Of a stretch of 64,000 nt of DNA, positions 1 through 12,893 are shown one piece after another. Position 1 is the first letter of the stretch. Each line of letters begins with the position of its first letter. The position numbers and the translations under genes are program-made. The notes beneath the pieces are model-generated. The model saw nothing but the letters and a program-made list of their open reading frames with translations, made no database searches and was not told the origin of the DNA. The stretch comes from Mytilus trossulus (lineage: Eukaryota). Location of the stretch: assembly GCF_036588685.1 (NCBI RefSeq), contig NC_086377.1:18104001-18168000 (forward strand), in the 5' to 3' direction.

Positions 1-909
1 AAATATGTTTAAACTAAACTAAGAAAATGGCACCTCTCTATATTTACATTTTTTTACAATTTAAAAACCTTAAAGTCCTGTAATTGCTCTAGTTTGTGTA
101 CATGTACGTGCTCTATTGATATTCAGATTGGTGGTAACTGTTTTACTCATTAATTGGAGTTTTTAAGACCTTATTTCAGAATATTGGTTCATTTTATGCA
201 TTATTAGATATTCAAAGGTAAAATGCCAATTTCTCAAGAACCTGTTTTAATACAAACCCTAACAAAAAACTCATCAACAAGCTTTTACACTAGTGTTTCT
301 TATTTTTCTAGATAACTGTAACAATGGCTTATTCCTTATTTTTCTTTCGAAATACGTAAAAAAATTTCATCAAAACTCTACAGTATCTGTAATTTTTAAA
401 TGTTGACCATTTAAATAAATTAACTCGAATCCACAAAATTGAAATTCTTAAATGTCTAATTACTTGAAGAACTTCATCACAAAAACAATTAGCTTAATGT
501 TTGATGAAGAATTTTTGAAGGTTTTTTACAGATAAGTACAGAAAATGAGTAACCAAGTCTACCCAACAAGGTCAACTTTGTCTGAGAACGTTGGAAACTA
601 AGTGTCGGGAAAGCAGTCCACCAGCAATGTTACATACTCATTGCGAGACAGGGATGATGTCTTTCTGAATTTTGTGCATCCAAAATAGGTGATAATCAAC
701 GTGATTAGATGGAATTAAAATCTAAGTTTTAATACAGCTATATCATTAATATGGGGAACATAATGATACATAGAGTATTTTAATGAATTTATTAAGAAGG
801 AAAAAAGGTATTCCTTTGACACTTTGTAGAATACAAATTATTTTTTAAACTATAACTTTATATATTATAACAATGTACTACCCACTATTCCTCTAGGAGC
901 TTAACGAGG

Positions 910-1160
910 GCCATCGGTGGCCGGGTTGTCTAAGTAATTACTACTGTAATCACAAACCAGTCAACATTTGGGTTGTAAGTTCTAACCCCGCCCATGCGGG
1001 TGCATTCGACTCTAATCTCAATTGACTAGGGATTGTCAGTTTTTCTATCGAAGGTCGGTAGTTTTCTCAGGGCACTCTAGCTTCATCCATTAATAAAAAC
1101 TAGCCGCCACAAAATAATTTTAATGCGGTGCTTACAAGTTGCGTTTAAAACACCAAAAAA
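910..1160 (+). mobile_element. tRNA-derived SINE, V-domain-like core, degenerate
   Basis: A-box-like GGTGGCCGGGTTG and B-box-like AGTTCTAACCCC, then central GTTTTCTCAGGGCACTCTAGCTTCATCCA. Related copies lie on the minus strand at ~8470-8725 and ~11130-11400. Confidence 0.6.
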
Positions 1161-1246
1161 ATCAAAATTAATCTAGCTGAACGTTAGAAAAATAAAAGGT
1201 ATAAAAAAAGTAAAAACTACAACGAGATTGAAAATACTTGAGAAGA

Positions 1247-3556
1247 TTATGCTACTGATATGTCTGTACTGCTAGTTTTCATCATTTTATCGATCCTTCG
1301 TTGTACCTCTGATATTCTCTGATCAACTAGAAACATACTGGAATATCTATTCACAGAGAGATTTGTCCTTGGTTTTATTGGAACAGTTAGTTTTTGTCTC
1401 CTTTCGCGACTGTCTTCATTGGTGGAAAGCTTTACATTCTCGGTTTCATTTTTTTGCAACGTAACTCCCGTTATTTGTTCTACAGTGGTTGTTTTTGGAG
1501 CCTCTTGTGTTTTAGGATTTCGAAAACCTTCTTCTACTTCAGTCGATTTACCAAAGCGATGTTTTGTTTGAGTATTATTTTCGAGTTCTTTTATTTTAGT
1601 TTTTAGTGACACTTTTGAATTGACTGCCCCTGTCCCCATCTCTGGTGGTTTTACTCGAGTGTTGTCTACAAGAAGTGCCTGTTTAGTAGTTGTGCGGTTC
1701 GGTACAGAATGTTTTGTTGACTTTTCATCTGTTTTCTCCTTGGTTTTACTCTTGCTTTCATCGTCTCCTATCCTTTTAGGCTTTTGAATTGTAGAAAATA
1801 GAAACTCGTAACGTTCTTTCTTATCATTATTCTTTGAAATTTGACCTTCCGTCAGTTTTGAATATTGATTGTCAAATTTTGCATTTACAGGCTCCTCGTT
1901 GTTTGTTTCACTCTTTGGTTCTATGTCTTTCATTGTTGGTTTCTTGCTCTCTGGAGACTTGTTTTCGAAATGGACCTTTTTATTTGTTATATTATCTTTC
2001 GCCATTGCTAGGGGCTGGATTCCCATAATTTCCTCAACTTCCGGTTGTCCGAGTTCAAGACTTTTTGGAATCAACGGATCAGACAATGTGATTATTTGTT
2101 TCTTTTCTTTAATTGAGCTGAAATTATCAGTAGGTATTTGAGTTAGATTTGGTTTGATTTGTCCAGGTTTTGATGTGTCCTTACGATCTAAACTGCCTGT
2201 GCGGGCGGCATGGTTGTATTTTTGAATTGGTTTTTCGTTTATTTTTGTTGGTTTGTCTGCAATATCCTTCGGTCTTGTAGCTTGTGATTTCTGTTTAAGT
2301 TCTACATCGGGATTCTTTGTTTGCTTATTGGAAATGTTTGGATCTAAAGGATTGTTTCGTCTGTTATCTCTACGAACATTATCATTATTACTTATTTTCT
2401 TTTTTGGATTTACTTTATCTTGTTGTGTTGTACTTAACTCCGCACCGTTTGTTAGGCTTTCGGCTTTGTTCAGAGGATAATTTGTACTGACATCCGTATA
2501 TGTTTTTCTAAACGTTTTTAGAGTAGTGTGTTTAACAGCATAACTATGCTTTTGAGGAACATAAAAACGTTGAAAACGTTCTGAGGTGGAACGTCGCACT
2601 ATATCCTGTTTTACTACGGTTTTAGAAATACGTTGTTTTGTGCTTATTCTAGGTGTAATTTTCTTTTTGCCTACGTCTAGTAAAATAGGATCTTCTTCGT
2701 TTACAGTTGATAATGTCGCCTTTACAGCGATATTATTAATTGCCTTTTTGGTCATGTTTTTATGCAATTTATCTTTTCCACTTGGATATGTCTTGTTTTC
2801 CCAGTCTACCTCAAACTTTCTTTGAGATTTATAAACGTTATTGCTCTCGCCTTCATTTGACTTTTCAAGCGACTGTTTTTTCTTCTCAACTGTCTTTCGT
2901 CCAATTTCCCAAAGTTTTCTACTAGATAATTTCGTCCCACTTTCAATTCGTCTCGCAGCCATAAGTTTGTGCTGCCAAATCATACGCTCCTGTACAATCT
3001 TTTTCTCAATGTATGATATTCTGCGTTCAGCTTTTACAATATCTTTATTTCTTTCCTGTTCAGCGGTTGTTACTCTGTGCATAAACAACTTCCGGTCCTC
3101 CGCGTGTTTCTTTTCTATTGTTTTAATTCGCGTTCTCGTCTCCTCTCTGGACTTTTCCGCTCTTTTTTCGATACTCTCTATGTTTTTGGCAATTATCATT
3201 GATTCCTTTTTAATGTGTTCTTCCATATGTCTAGTGCTCCTATTAGAAAGAGAAGAACTCAGTCTTTTCCTTTCCTCAATTTTTCGTTCTCTTAACTTCA
3301 TTTTTTTCTTGTTTGATATTTTCTCTTTTTCGATATTTTGAACAAACATTTCCATCATTCCTTCATCTTTTTTCATCCTCTCCTTCTCTTGCTCTTTCCA
3401 AGCTTTTTCTTTTCTTTCAGCAATTTCTCTTTTATGTAGTTCCTCTTGTCGTATATTCCAGGCTATACACGCTTGATAGATTTGTCGTTCCTTCTCCGTC
3501 TGTTTTTTTCGCTCTTCAATTTTCTTATGGTACAAAATGTCAACAGCATTACCCAT
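1247..3556 (-). CDS. Uncharacterised K/E/R-rich coiled-coil protein with long low-complexity tail (769 aa, single coding exon)
   Basis: 2.3-kb uninterrupted ORF. Acceptor ttttcttttcaacag precedes an exon start at 3619, with an in-frame stop upstream of ATG 3556. Candidate upstream exon ~5450..5372 ends in G|gtaag. The N-terminal ~200 aa carry a ~22-aa periodic motif shared with the neighbouring genes. Confidence 0.75.
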   Translation of the reverse strand: MGNAVDILYHKKIEERKKQTEKERQIYQACIAWNIRQEELHKREIAERKEKAWKEQEKERMKKDEGMMEMFVQNIEKEKISNKKKMKLRERKIEERKRLSSSLSNRSTRHMEEHIKKESMIIAKNIESIEKRAEKSREETRTRIKTIEKKHAEDRKLFMHRVTTAEQERNKDIVKAERRISYIEKKIVQERMIWQHKLMAARRIESGTKLSSRKLWEIGRKTVEKKKQSLEKSNEGESNNVYKSQRKFEVDWENKTYPSGKDKLHKNMTKKAINNIAVKATLSTVNEEDPILLDVGKKKITPRISTKQRISKTVVKQDIVRRSTSERFQRFYVPQKHSYAVKHTTLKTFRKTYTDVSTNYPLNKAESLTNGAELSTTQQDKVNPKKKISNNDNVRRDNRRNNPLDPNISNKQTKNPDVELKQKSQATRPKDIADKPTKINEKPIQKYNHAARTGSLDRKDTSKPGQIKPNLTQIPTDNFSSIKEKKQIITLSDPLIPKSLELGQPEVEEIMGIQPLAMAKDNITNKKVHFENKSPESKKPTMKDIEPKSETNNEEPVNAKFDNQYSKLTEGQISKNNDKKERYEFLFSTIQKPKRIGDDESKSKTKEKTDEKSTKHSVPNRTTTKQALLVDNTRVKPPEMGTGAVNSKVSLKTKIKELENNTQTKHRFGKSTEVEEGFRNPKTQEAPKTTTVEQITGVTLQKNETENVKLSTNEDSRERRQKLTVPIKPRTNLSVNRYSSMFLVDQRISEVQRRIDKMMKTSSTDISVA

Positions 3557-4839
3557 GGCAACGTTTCTATCAAGTCCATTTCCTTGTCATAACGATTGGT
3601 ATGCACTTGGTGTGTGTATCTGTTGAAAAGAAAACATTATACAATAAATGACTGTAATATTTCTAGAAATAACATCAAAAATGTGATATACACTGAATAA
3701 CACGCATAGCAGGTTATTTTCAATTGTGCACATCATTTTTTATGTTATATGAAATAGACAGAAAAAATGTTACAGTCATTTACTGGAGTAAATCTTGAAA
3801 AAACGGTGACGACGTCGAGGTCACATGACGAAATGATTTCTATGAGCTGATAAACAAAACAACGTCATCCAATCAGAAGACACGTAATATCCAAAATTAA
3901 ATTATAAAAAATTGTACCTCTCTTTAAATAACAGAGCCGAATCAAGTAAAGGTATCTAACACAAGAAGCTAAATGAGTTGTGAAACAAGTGATATATCAA
4001 ATGTGTGATCTTAATGTGTTTGTTTCAGAAATGCATTGACCTTATTTACATAGCTCTTTTAAATCATTTGATCTGACTAATTGTGTATATAAACGTAATA
4101 TTTATCTAAATAATAACGAATATTTAACCAAATAAGATCAAGTATCTTGATTTATTTTATGTGAAAAGAGCTTCAGACGCATGAAATTATTAAACGTATT
4201 GTTTTCAATTTTTTAATGTCTTTTATATTATTTTAAGGAAATGCGTCTCATCCTCTTAGTCATCTTTTCAAAATCTGTAGGATAGTGGATATGTTTGGGT
4301 CCTGGTCGGATCTCTCATTTCTTTAATTTTTTAATTATTTTTTTTTTAGTTCTTTCTTATATATTTGTTCTATAATCATTTTGCCCAATATTCTCAAGTC
4401 TTCATTTATCAATATCCTGGTATTGTTAATTAGCTTTTCGCCATATTCCCTATTATTCAATCTGTGTTTGCTTTTAATCTGTACTGTTTGACCATAACCA
4501 TTATTCTTTTAATCACATATAGACCCTTAGAAAAAAAGTGGTCGGTTGGTTTGAATCTCAATGGTTTTTTAAAGTTGATTAAAAATAAATATTTGGGGCT
4601 CTTTTATTATTGCTATGACTACTTTATAAAGATATAAAAATATGTCTTTTAACACAAAGACCGCATTTTAGGGATATTGTTTGTTTTTGTTTTTTTATGG
4701 GGGAGGGATCTCATGTGAAATTGATTGCTATCCAATGACACACTTAAAACAGATTACATATTTGAGACAAACATTCTGGTTCAATATGAAGCAAGAATCG
4801 TGTCAAAATATATTCCAATTATTTTACATTCTTTACTAA

Positions 4840-5120
4840 TAGGTACCAGGATTATAATTTAGTACGCCAGACGCGCGTTTCGTTTACATACAACTAGTCA
4901 GTGACGCTCAAATCGAAATATTTATAAAGTTAAACAAGTACAAAGTTGAAGAGCATTGAGGATCCAAATTCCAAAATGTTGTGCCAAATACGGCTAAGGT
5001 ATTCTATGCCTGGAATAAGAAAATTCTTAGTTTTCCAAAAAAATCAAAGTTTTGTAAACAGGAAATTTATAAAAATGACCACATGATTGATATTCATGTC
5101 AACAACGAAATGTTGACTAC
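4840..5120 (-). mobile_element. Retrozyme-like element with mutated type I hammerhead
   Basis: Closely matches 35059-35390. Minus strand 4907..4864 reads GCGUCA CUGACUA GUUGUAUGUAAAC GAAAC GCGC GUC UGGCGU, i.e. core CUGANGA changed to CUGACUA (G8U). Confidence 0.75.
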
Positions 5121-8100
5121 TAAACACATATTCAGGGTTTCATGTTCATATAGATATAGTATGAGCATATGAGCTTTGAATATGCATAATTTGTGTTTTA
5201 TCTTAATGCTTGCATTTCTAAGCTTAAAAGAAAAATAAGCGAATTTTATTTGTTTACATTTTTAAAAACACTGCATGTAGTTATATTTTTATATTAAATC
5301 AAGTGATATAGTTTAGTATTGGAAAAATAGCTTCATAAATCTTTCATATCAATAAAATATTTTCATCTTACCATATTTCCACAAGTTCATAATTTCCCCC
5401 GTATGATAATAATTGCATGTTATAATGGATATGATATTATTGTCCGCCATCTTGTAAATAATCTAATTTAAACAATGGCACACATAAATGCTTACTCACC
5501 CCAAACAATCAAACGAAACGTTAAATTAAAATAATTGAGACAATATTTAAAATATGTTATTTAAAAAATTGTTAATGATGCATAAATATTGAGCTTACAT
5601 TGCAGTATTTACAAATACTGCTATTGTTATCTTTGAAATGATTTTGTTTTGTTCATAAAATAGAAGATTATTGGTAGCTAGACACTTAATTCTATAATAA
5701 CTGTGTTTATGACTTTGATATAATGTCTACAAATTGATGTTTGTATTAATTTAGACAAACAAATAATCTTTCCTTTATGCGATCATGAGTAAATAGTCTG
5801 CAGAATATTTTATGAAATAGTTGTAACGGTTGTTTTTAATTCAATCCCACGGTTACGTTCATTAGCTTTAACGTCAATATGAGACTTCATAATTGCGAGT
5901 GATTTGGCTGCATAAATTTAGATATATGAGGGTCTGGAGGGGGTTTACAGAAACGAAAATATTTGGAAAAAAGTGAAGAATAAATGACAAAATGAATGAC
6001 AGAATATAGAGAATTGTACGTTGATAATATATAAAGAACAAATAATGATGGGGAAAATAAATAAAAAATATAGAACAATGTCAAAAGATTAAAGTATAAA
6101 TGTGGTTGTAAAATTGCCACGTCAAACTTATGGTCGGTAATGCAGTTTTACCACCATTTTCTTCTTAAAATGTCCTATACCAAGTCAGAAAAAATGGCCA
6201 TGGTTATATTATAATTCATTTCTAGATGTGTTACATTCTAATGTTGTATTTTCTGTTGTGTCTATAGTTTTCCTCTTATATTTGATGTGTTTCCCCTAAG
6301 TTTTAGTTTAGGTTTTTTTCTCAATCGATTTATGAATTTTGAACAGTATTATACTAATGTTGACTTTATTTGTGAGGGATACATAATCATATTTCGTACA
6401 ATATGTGCACCTGAAGTTAAAATCATCAAGTATATTTGAAGCATTGAAGACTTATTAGTGGCTTTCGGCTGTTTTCGGCTCTTTGGTCAGGTTGTTGTCT
6501 CTTTGACACATTCCCCGTTACCATTCTCAATTTTATTTGACAAATATAATGAAGTCTTAAACAATTTCTATGATTTTTTTTATAGTAAATCTAATAGTTG
6601 CAGCTTCATGGTTTTGAGAGTCTACATGATTTGTACAAACTAATTAAAACTAGACAAGAGACGTATAATGCAAGACGTTATATAAATTATATATATATTT
6701 CACAAATCGCAATATATGTTTCTATTGTTGCCAACGAGAGGAAAGATATTCATCAAATGTTTAGTGTCTTGAATTTCAGATTAATACAAGCATATTAATA
6801 TCTTCAATGCAACGTTTTACCAACTTAAGGGAAGAGCCTATAATCCTTCAATATAAGAACGTTTATTTCGTTTATTATATTTCATTATGACACTGAAAAC
6901 ACAACATAGTTCATAATTCATTTCTAAAGTATGACTAAGAAAAACAAAAAATTATATTAAAAAATTAAGTGTATTAGGAAAGATAAACACGACAAAACAT
7001 TTACCATGACGGCTTATCCTGTTTAAATTATGTTATGCTGTCCAGACACGTGGTGTATATTTTTGGTTTTCCAAAGTTAAAGTTTCCATTTTAACTTGTA
7101 GGAGTTCTTCTGAAGAAATGTTGCGCGTTCATGGAAATCATATCGAACGAGTTTCGCTTCCAGTTGGTCAGTACCAATAATTCAGGACGATAAAACAGTG
7201 ATAATGAATTTCGGTCTGTAATCTTATTCATAACATTATTTCAGTAAATCATATCAAGTCTCCAACTCCCTAACGAAAAGATAGTCCCAGGCAGCTTTGA
7301 AATATTTAGTATGTTACTATCAATATCTTAAATCCAAGCTAACCGTCTATAATAACGCGTTTCTTGAAAAACATATTCTTTGCATTTAAACTACTTCAGC
7401 CCGTCCAATGTTGCACTACAACTATCTGAGGTTAAAAAAATCAAAAAGCACTAGAGTTTCGGTAGTTTTACTACCTAAGGGTTGGTTTATTTGGTCTGAC
7501 GGTTCCCTATTTATTGAATAGCGCGATGGCGTTAGCGCAGAGACGGTAAATTCATGTATTATGCAAACAGTACACAAAACTTTTCTTTTGACGTTCTTTC
7601 CAGAATAGACAAAAACATATCGCAAGAGTTATGTGACGAGAGTAAAACATGACTCTCACACGACAGGTTAAAATTTAATTAATGTCCACATTATTGTTGT
7701 ATGTTCAATTCAAACCTTGCCGATATAAAGTAACATATGCTTTGTTTCCGAAATACTATCTGCAACTTTCGATTTTTTTGGTCAAAAGTAAAATAACAAA
7801 ACAAGCAAACTCCGCGGAAAATTATAAAGGGAAAGTCCTCAATCAATGACTAAATTGAATGATAAAACACATCAAACGAATGGACAACAACTATCATATT
7901 TTAGGATTGAACATAGTTTTAAAGCGCTAAACCTCTCACTTGAATGATAGACGCAATAAACAACAATTTTCAGCTTCGTACTTTATTTTGCATTTTCAAT
8001 TATTTTATTTGAGTGTCACTGGTCATTTGTAGACTATCTATTGGTATCTATAATAAATTTAGTAAACGCACAATTGTATTGGAAAACAAATTTGGTTCTT

Positions 8101-8448
8101 TTCAGGTTGAGTGTTATATAAAACAAAAACCAAAAGACACAACTAGAAGGAGAACAAATACAAAAAAGACACGTGACTGTGTCATGTATCTAACTCCACC
8201 TCATCTGAGTGTAGAAAACATGAAAAGTTTTGCATATGTATGTATCTTTGACTACATGTAAAATATATTATTCTGCACATAACAAGTAATAACCTTTTAC
8301 TGAACTGTATCGCATAAATTGTTTTTGTTTTATTCCTTGAAACAAATTGGTCTGCATGATTGCGTGCAATATCTCTTCAAAGTCCACAGAATAATAGTGT
8401 TTATACAGAAATTAAAAGGTGGAGAAAACTCTGATATAAATCAACTGT

Positions 8449-8469
<21 letters not shown>

Positions 8470-8480
<11 letters not shown>

Positions 8481-8725
8481 GTGTCAAAGGCAACTTTCAG
8501 TTGATGTGTACAGGACGCGATAAGAAAGTTGTGACTAACTAGTTAACCATTGCTTTTTCGTAGCGGCTAGTTTTTAATGGTGGAGGAAGCCGGAGTACCC
8601 AGAGATAGCCAAAAAAATTCGGTAGAAAAACTTACAATCCCAGCAAATTCAGAATAAGAGTCGAACATAACTGCGTAGTGCCGGATTCGACATCAAAACC
8701 TCAGTATTGACAGACTAGTGATATA
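8470..8725 (-). mobile_element. tRNA-derived SINE, V-domain-like
   Basis: Plus strand shows GGTGGAGGAAGCCGGAGTACCCAGAGA (reverse complement of the V-like core), GGATTCGA (B box) and a (GATT)n tail at ~8450-8480. Confidence 0.6.
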
Positions 8726-9269
8726 CTATGTATTGATCATATGCGGTACATCTTCAATATCACAATACATATTAGGTAACCTCAATAAAAAAAAAACACT
8801 ATTTTTTGCTCAATGTAAATAGGAGAAAAGATACCTAGTAGAAAGATCCTTTCAATCGACACAATGACCAAAAGACAAACGTTAAATTAATTAAACCCAA
8901 ATACAACTAGTTTAATAAATAATATGTTCACTATACTACCAAACATTCAATACCGCTTACTAATGATATTATCTTGAATAGTCTTCTGGCGGTTCATATC
9001 TCTAAAGATAATCATTCAGCTCTTGTGTTGCTCCTTTACTTATATGTCTATCAGACAAGATGTTGAAAGACTAATTAATAAAGACAAAATATGTTAGAAA
9101 CTTCTATTTTGTATATCATAGTTTAATGATGAAAATTAAATTCCTCAAATAAATTGGAATTAATAAAAAGATATAAGGGGTACATACAAAACACAAAGTC
9201 ATTATAGTTGATTTATTGACACATATAATTTTTAAAGGTATTCTCTGGATATAGAAACGTATGTTCAGT

Positions 9270-10901
9270 TTAATTTGATACTGTGACATTTTGCCTTATA
9301 TCTTCTGAATTATCTTGTATATTTCCACTATGTAAAGACTTCTCAGTTGCTGTAACACTCAAATTGTCATAATCCTTTTCTTTTTTCTTTCGTGATTTTG
9401 CTCCATCCGTTTTAACCTTACCTATCAGACCTCGTTTTGGTATTTTAGGAAGCGTTAAGGCAGTGGCACGTGGTGTGTTTCGATTACTAACAGTTTCCAT
9501 GACTCTTGCTTGGTCCTTCACATTCTTAACGATATTTTGATGATGTGATACATCTTGATCACGTGATTGTTCATGTGTATCTGTTTCTCTGGGTTCGACG
9601 TCGAAGGACTGGACGGATCTCTTGAAAACTTCCTTCTTTAATCCTTCGATCTTTTGGACATGTAAAAGCCAAGCCTTTCTTTCATTATATTTGCGTTTTT
9701 CAATTTCTTGAAAACGTTTTTGTGATGCTTCGAACTCTTCTTCTCTTTTGTGTTCCAACTCTTGCATGCGATGAAGAAATGCTTCCTGTTCTCGTTGTTT
9801 CGTCTCTTCAAGGTGACTAACTCTGTTTTTCAATTTTTCAACGTTCTTTTGTTTTTGTTTCTCGATTTCAAGAATTCTTTGTTGTAACGCATCATTTTCC
9901 GTTTGGTATTCTTTATCCTTTCTTTGTAACATTCGACAAAAAGCAAAATTGTTCGCTCTCCGTCTTTTTTCAAATTCAACCATTCTTCTTTTAAGCATTA
10001 AATTATCAGTCTTTTTCTTTTTCTCTATTTTTCTAATCTGTGTTTGAATTTCGTCCCTATAACTTTGTTCTAGTTCCCTTTCGTCATTTTTCCTTGTTAA
10101 CTTCCGTTCCAAAAGCCTCTGCCACTGAATTTCTTCCATTCGAATATGAGTCGTGATTGGTTCAAGATTACGTATTGTCCCTATTATTCGACTATTTTGT
10201 TGTTCAAATGGTTCATGCTTCCAAGTGTAAGGCACTATTCTTCTACCGGTGTCAGTGATTTCTTCATCATTATCGTTTGCACAATTCGTTTCCTTTGCCT
10301 CAGTAAGCTGATTTTTTGTGAGTTTACTCCGTTCATTATTGCGCGGGTCTTTCTCGTGTTCGTCAACAGCTGGTATTGGAGAGCTACTGTGTTTGCTCCG
10401 TTCATTGCGCGGGTCTTTCTCGTGTTCGTCAACAGCTGGTATTGGAGAGCTACTGTGTTTGCTCCGTTCATTGCGCAGGTCTTTCTCGTGTTCGTCAACA
10501 GCTGGTATTGGAGAGCTACTGTATACAGATTCCTTTCTGTCTTGATTGTTCTTCTCGTTTATGTTTTCTTTAATTTCTTCATCTTTGACGTTCATATTTT
10601 CTTCTTGTCCTGTCGCCACTTTATGAGGTCTTTTCACAAATCCACTATCAACAAAGTCGTTTCTATTCTTTCCATTTACGTTTTCTTTTGATTTCTTATA
10701 TTTTTCGTCAGTATTTTTGTCTTTTCGTTCCACATGTGGGTATCTAGATTCCGGATTATCTATACTCGCGTTTGTTGAACTGATAACATTTTCTTGGTTC
10801 GTTATGTCGTCGTTCAAATGCGTTCTTCTGTTATCTTCCTTTTCATGTTCTTCTTTTTTCTTTCCTGTTTCCACGTTTCTTGTTTCACTTTGATCGCTCA
10901 T
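9270..10901 (-). CDS. Uncharacterised coiled-coil protein (543 aa, single coding exon), related to the 1247..3556 gene
   Basis: 1.6-kb ORF. Acceptor ttttatccag precedes an exon start at 10952, with in-frame TAA before ATG 10901. Candidate upstream donor AG|gtaagc near 11623. Central QQRILEIEKQK...EAFLHRMQELE...KRFQEIEKRKYNERKAW periodic coiled coil. Confidence 0.75.
   Translation of the reverse strand: MSDQSETRNVETGKKKEEHEKEDNRRTHLNDDITNQENVISSTNASIDNPESRYPHVERKDKNTDEKYKKSKENVNGKNRNDFVDSGFVKRPHKVATGQEENMNVKDEEIKENINEKNNQDRKESVYSSSPIPAVDEHEKDLRNERSKHSSSPIPAVDEHEKDPRNERSKHSSSPIPAVDEHEKDPRNNERSKLTKNQLTEAKETNCANDNDEEITDTGRRIVPYTWKHEPFEQQNSRIIGTIRNLEPITTHIRMEEIQWQRLLERKLTRKNDERELEQSYRDEIQTQIRKIEKKKKTDNLMLKRRMVEFEKRRRANNFAFCRMLQRKDKEYQTENDALQQRILEIEKQKQKNVEKLKNRVSHLEETKQREQEAFLHRMQELEHKREEEFEASQKRFQEIEKRKYNERKAWLLHVQKIEGLKKEVFKRSVQSFDVEPRETDTHEQSRDQDVSHHQNIVKNVKDQARVMETVSNRNTPRATALTLPKIPKRGLIGKVKTDGAKSRKKKEKDYDNLSVTATEKSLHSGNIQDNSEDIRQNVTVSN
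10322..10520 (-). repeat. Coding tandem repeat, 66 bp x3 (SSSPIPAVDEHEKD[L/P]RNERSKH)
   Basis: Three near-identical in-frame 22-codon units within the 543-aa ORF. Confidence 0.95.
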
Positions 10902-11129
10902 TTTGTTTCAATATTGACTTTCATCTTATTCGGTTAAAATAATGTGTATTCTCTGGATAAAATAAATAATTTGTTAAAAAATTGCTGCATTCACTAGAAT
11001 AGGATTCGTTTAATTTGTAAACTCATTTTTTTGTTTGTATTGCCTTTATAGTTTGTTTTCAAATCAATTCGCCTAATACTTGATGTTTACGGGAAAATGA
11101 ATAGATTGTTTTACACTCGGTTAATAAAT

Positions 11130-11400
11130 TGATTGGTTGATGTTTAATGCCACTTTAAATACTATCGCGCTATTTCGTGTCGGTCAGTTTGTATTGTTGG
11201 AGGAAGCCGGAGTGCTTAGAGGTAACCATGCACCGACTGTCGTTAAAAATAAATGACAATCATAGTCATTTAAGATTGCGACCTATCCCATGTGGGATTC
11301 AACTCACAACCTCGGTGTTGACTGTCTATAGTGATACAGTAGTTGAAACTCGGAACGATTTAGAGGTTGAACTATCATGTGGATACTCGCCTCTTGGTGA
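11130..11400 (-). mobile_element. tRNA-derived SINE, V-domain-like, degenerate
   Basis: GGAGGAAGCCGGAGTG and GGGATTCAACTCACAACCTC match the 910 and 8470 copies. Confidence 0.55.
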
Positions 11401-12618
11401 GGAATCTTTGTTGACCTTAATGTCTTTTGTTCAAAGTATATTTTCTTTATCCCAAAACACATATGATAAATTTCAAATTTTTAATTCGAATGCATTCTGA
11501 ATTAAATATTAACTTTATGAATGTTGATCTTCCAAAGCAACACCAACAAAGACGAATAAATAATTAAAATCGGGACACAAGTAGAAAAAAAAAATAGTTT
11601 CATCATTAATAACAGGTGCTTACCTCTTAAATCAAGTCCATATCTTTATAGTCTTTGATTAGATTCGTTGATAGTGAAAATATACAGCACAAAGCTAGAG
11701 CGATTAAATTTTGTCAAACGTTTAGTAACATAAGCAACATAATTCTATGTATAATTGAAATGCATAGTATCGATCTTTCAAAAATTAGGTACAATTACAA
11801 AAACCAATAACTTTCCTAAGTCAAAAAGACAATTATAGTAAAATTAAAAAACACAGATGTTTTCTGCAATTAAAGCAATTTGAAACTAAATATTATGTAT
11901 TTGTTGGACGTAGTTTTTTAAACAAAAAGCAATTATAGTTGACTAGATATTTTAAAAGTACATTCGAGACATTTAAAAATAATTTCCTCATTACGCTTTT
12001 GTTTATGTTACCCTATTCAGCTTATCTAGAGACCAAATGTTACATGATGACAAGTGGCAAGTATTACACGATTATGAATTAATTCAAAATTTTCGAAAAG
12101 ATATTTTCGCAAAGAAGATCGAGCAAGAAGAAAGAAGCCACCAAAAAAGGTTACGGTGACCTACAAATGTATAGTTGGTATTCTTCTATGTAATTTATTC
12201 TCATGCGTTGTGCTTTTTATATGTATGGTATTTACTAAAATCTTGTTTGCGACAGCCTATAGAATTGTAGATCTTTATTCCTATATCGATACTATTGCAT
12301 TTCAATAGCAGTTGCAATTCCCTATCCGTTATTCTAGCTGACACACTTTGTAGAAATCATTATTGTTTGTTAACGTATTATCACGTCCGGACTATGCATG
12401 AATATTTGCCGCTGAACATTAAACGAAACAAATTTAGTCGATCATCCACTGTGTATCTAAAATTGAAAACGCAAAGAAGAAGACAATGCCTTAGGTCATT
12501 ATTTAATTAGTTATAAATAGTATACAAATATAATTTGATATTGCATTTAACTTTGGATGAACTATAGAAGAACAATGACATTTTCTGAGGACAGACTTAT
12601 CCCAAACACAAAAAAAAA

Positions 12619-12893
12619 CAAGAATGTGCCCCCAGTACACAGATGCCCAACTCGAACTATCATTTTCTATGTTCAATGGAATTGGGGTAAACACTCTAAT
12701 TTGTCATTATAATAAGAAAGATCATATCGAAGGGAACATGTGTACTAAGTTTCAAGTTGATTGACTTCAATTCCATCAAAAACTATCTTGACCAAAAACT
12801 TTAACTTTAAGCGGGACAGACAGATGAACGGACGAACGGACGGACGCACAACCCAAAAAACGTAATGCCCCTCTACTTTTGTAGTTGGGGCAT
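12619..12893. mobile_element. Non-autonomous helentron-like (DINE-1/Pearl-type) element
   Basis: Starts CAAGAATGTG.CCC, has an internal GACA/ACGG microsatellite and a terminal hairpin ATGCCCC...GGGGCAT. Second copy 42763-43047; partial copy ~52570-52713. Confidence 0.6.

Noticed and set aside
1394-3651. Plus-strand F/S/L-rich ORFs, also 10146-10691 and 32667-33322
   Set aside because: Antisense shadows of minus-strand coding exons.
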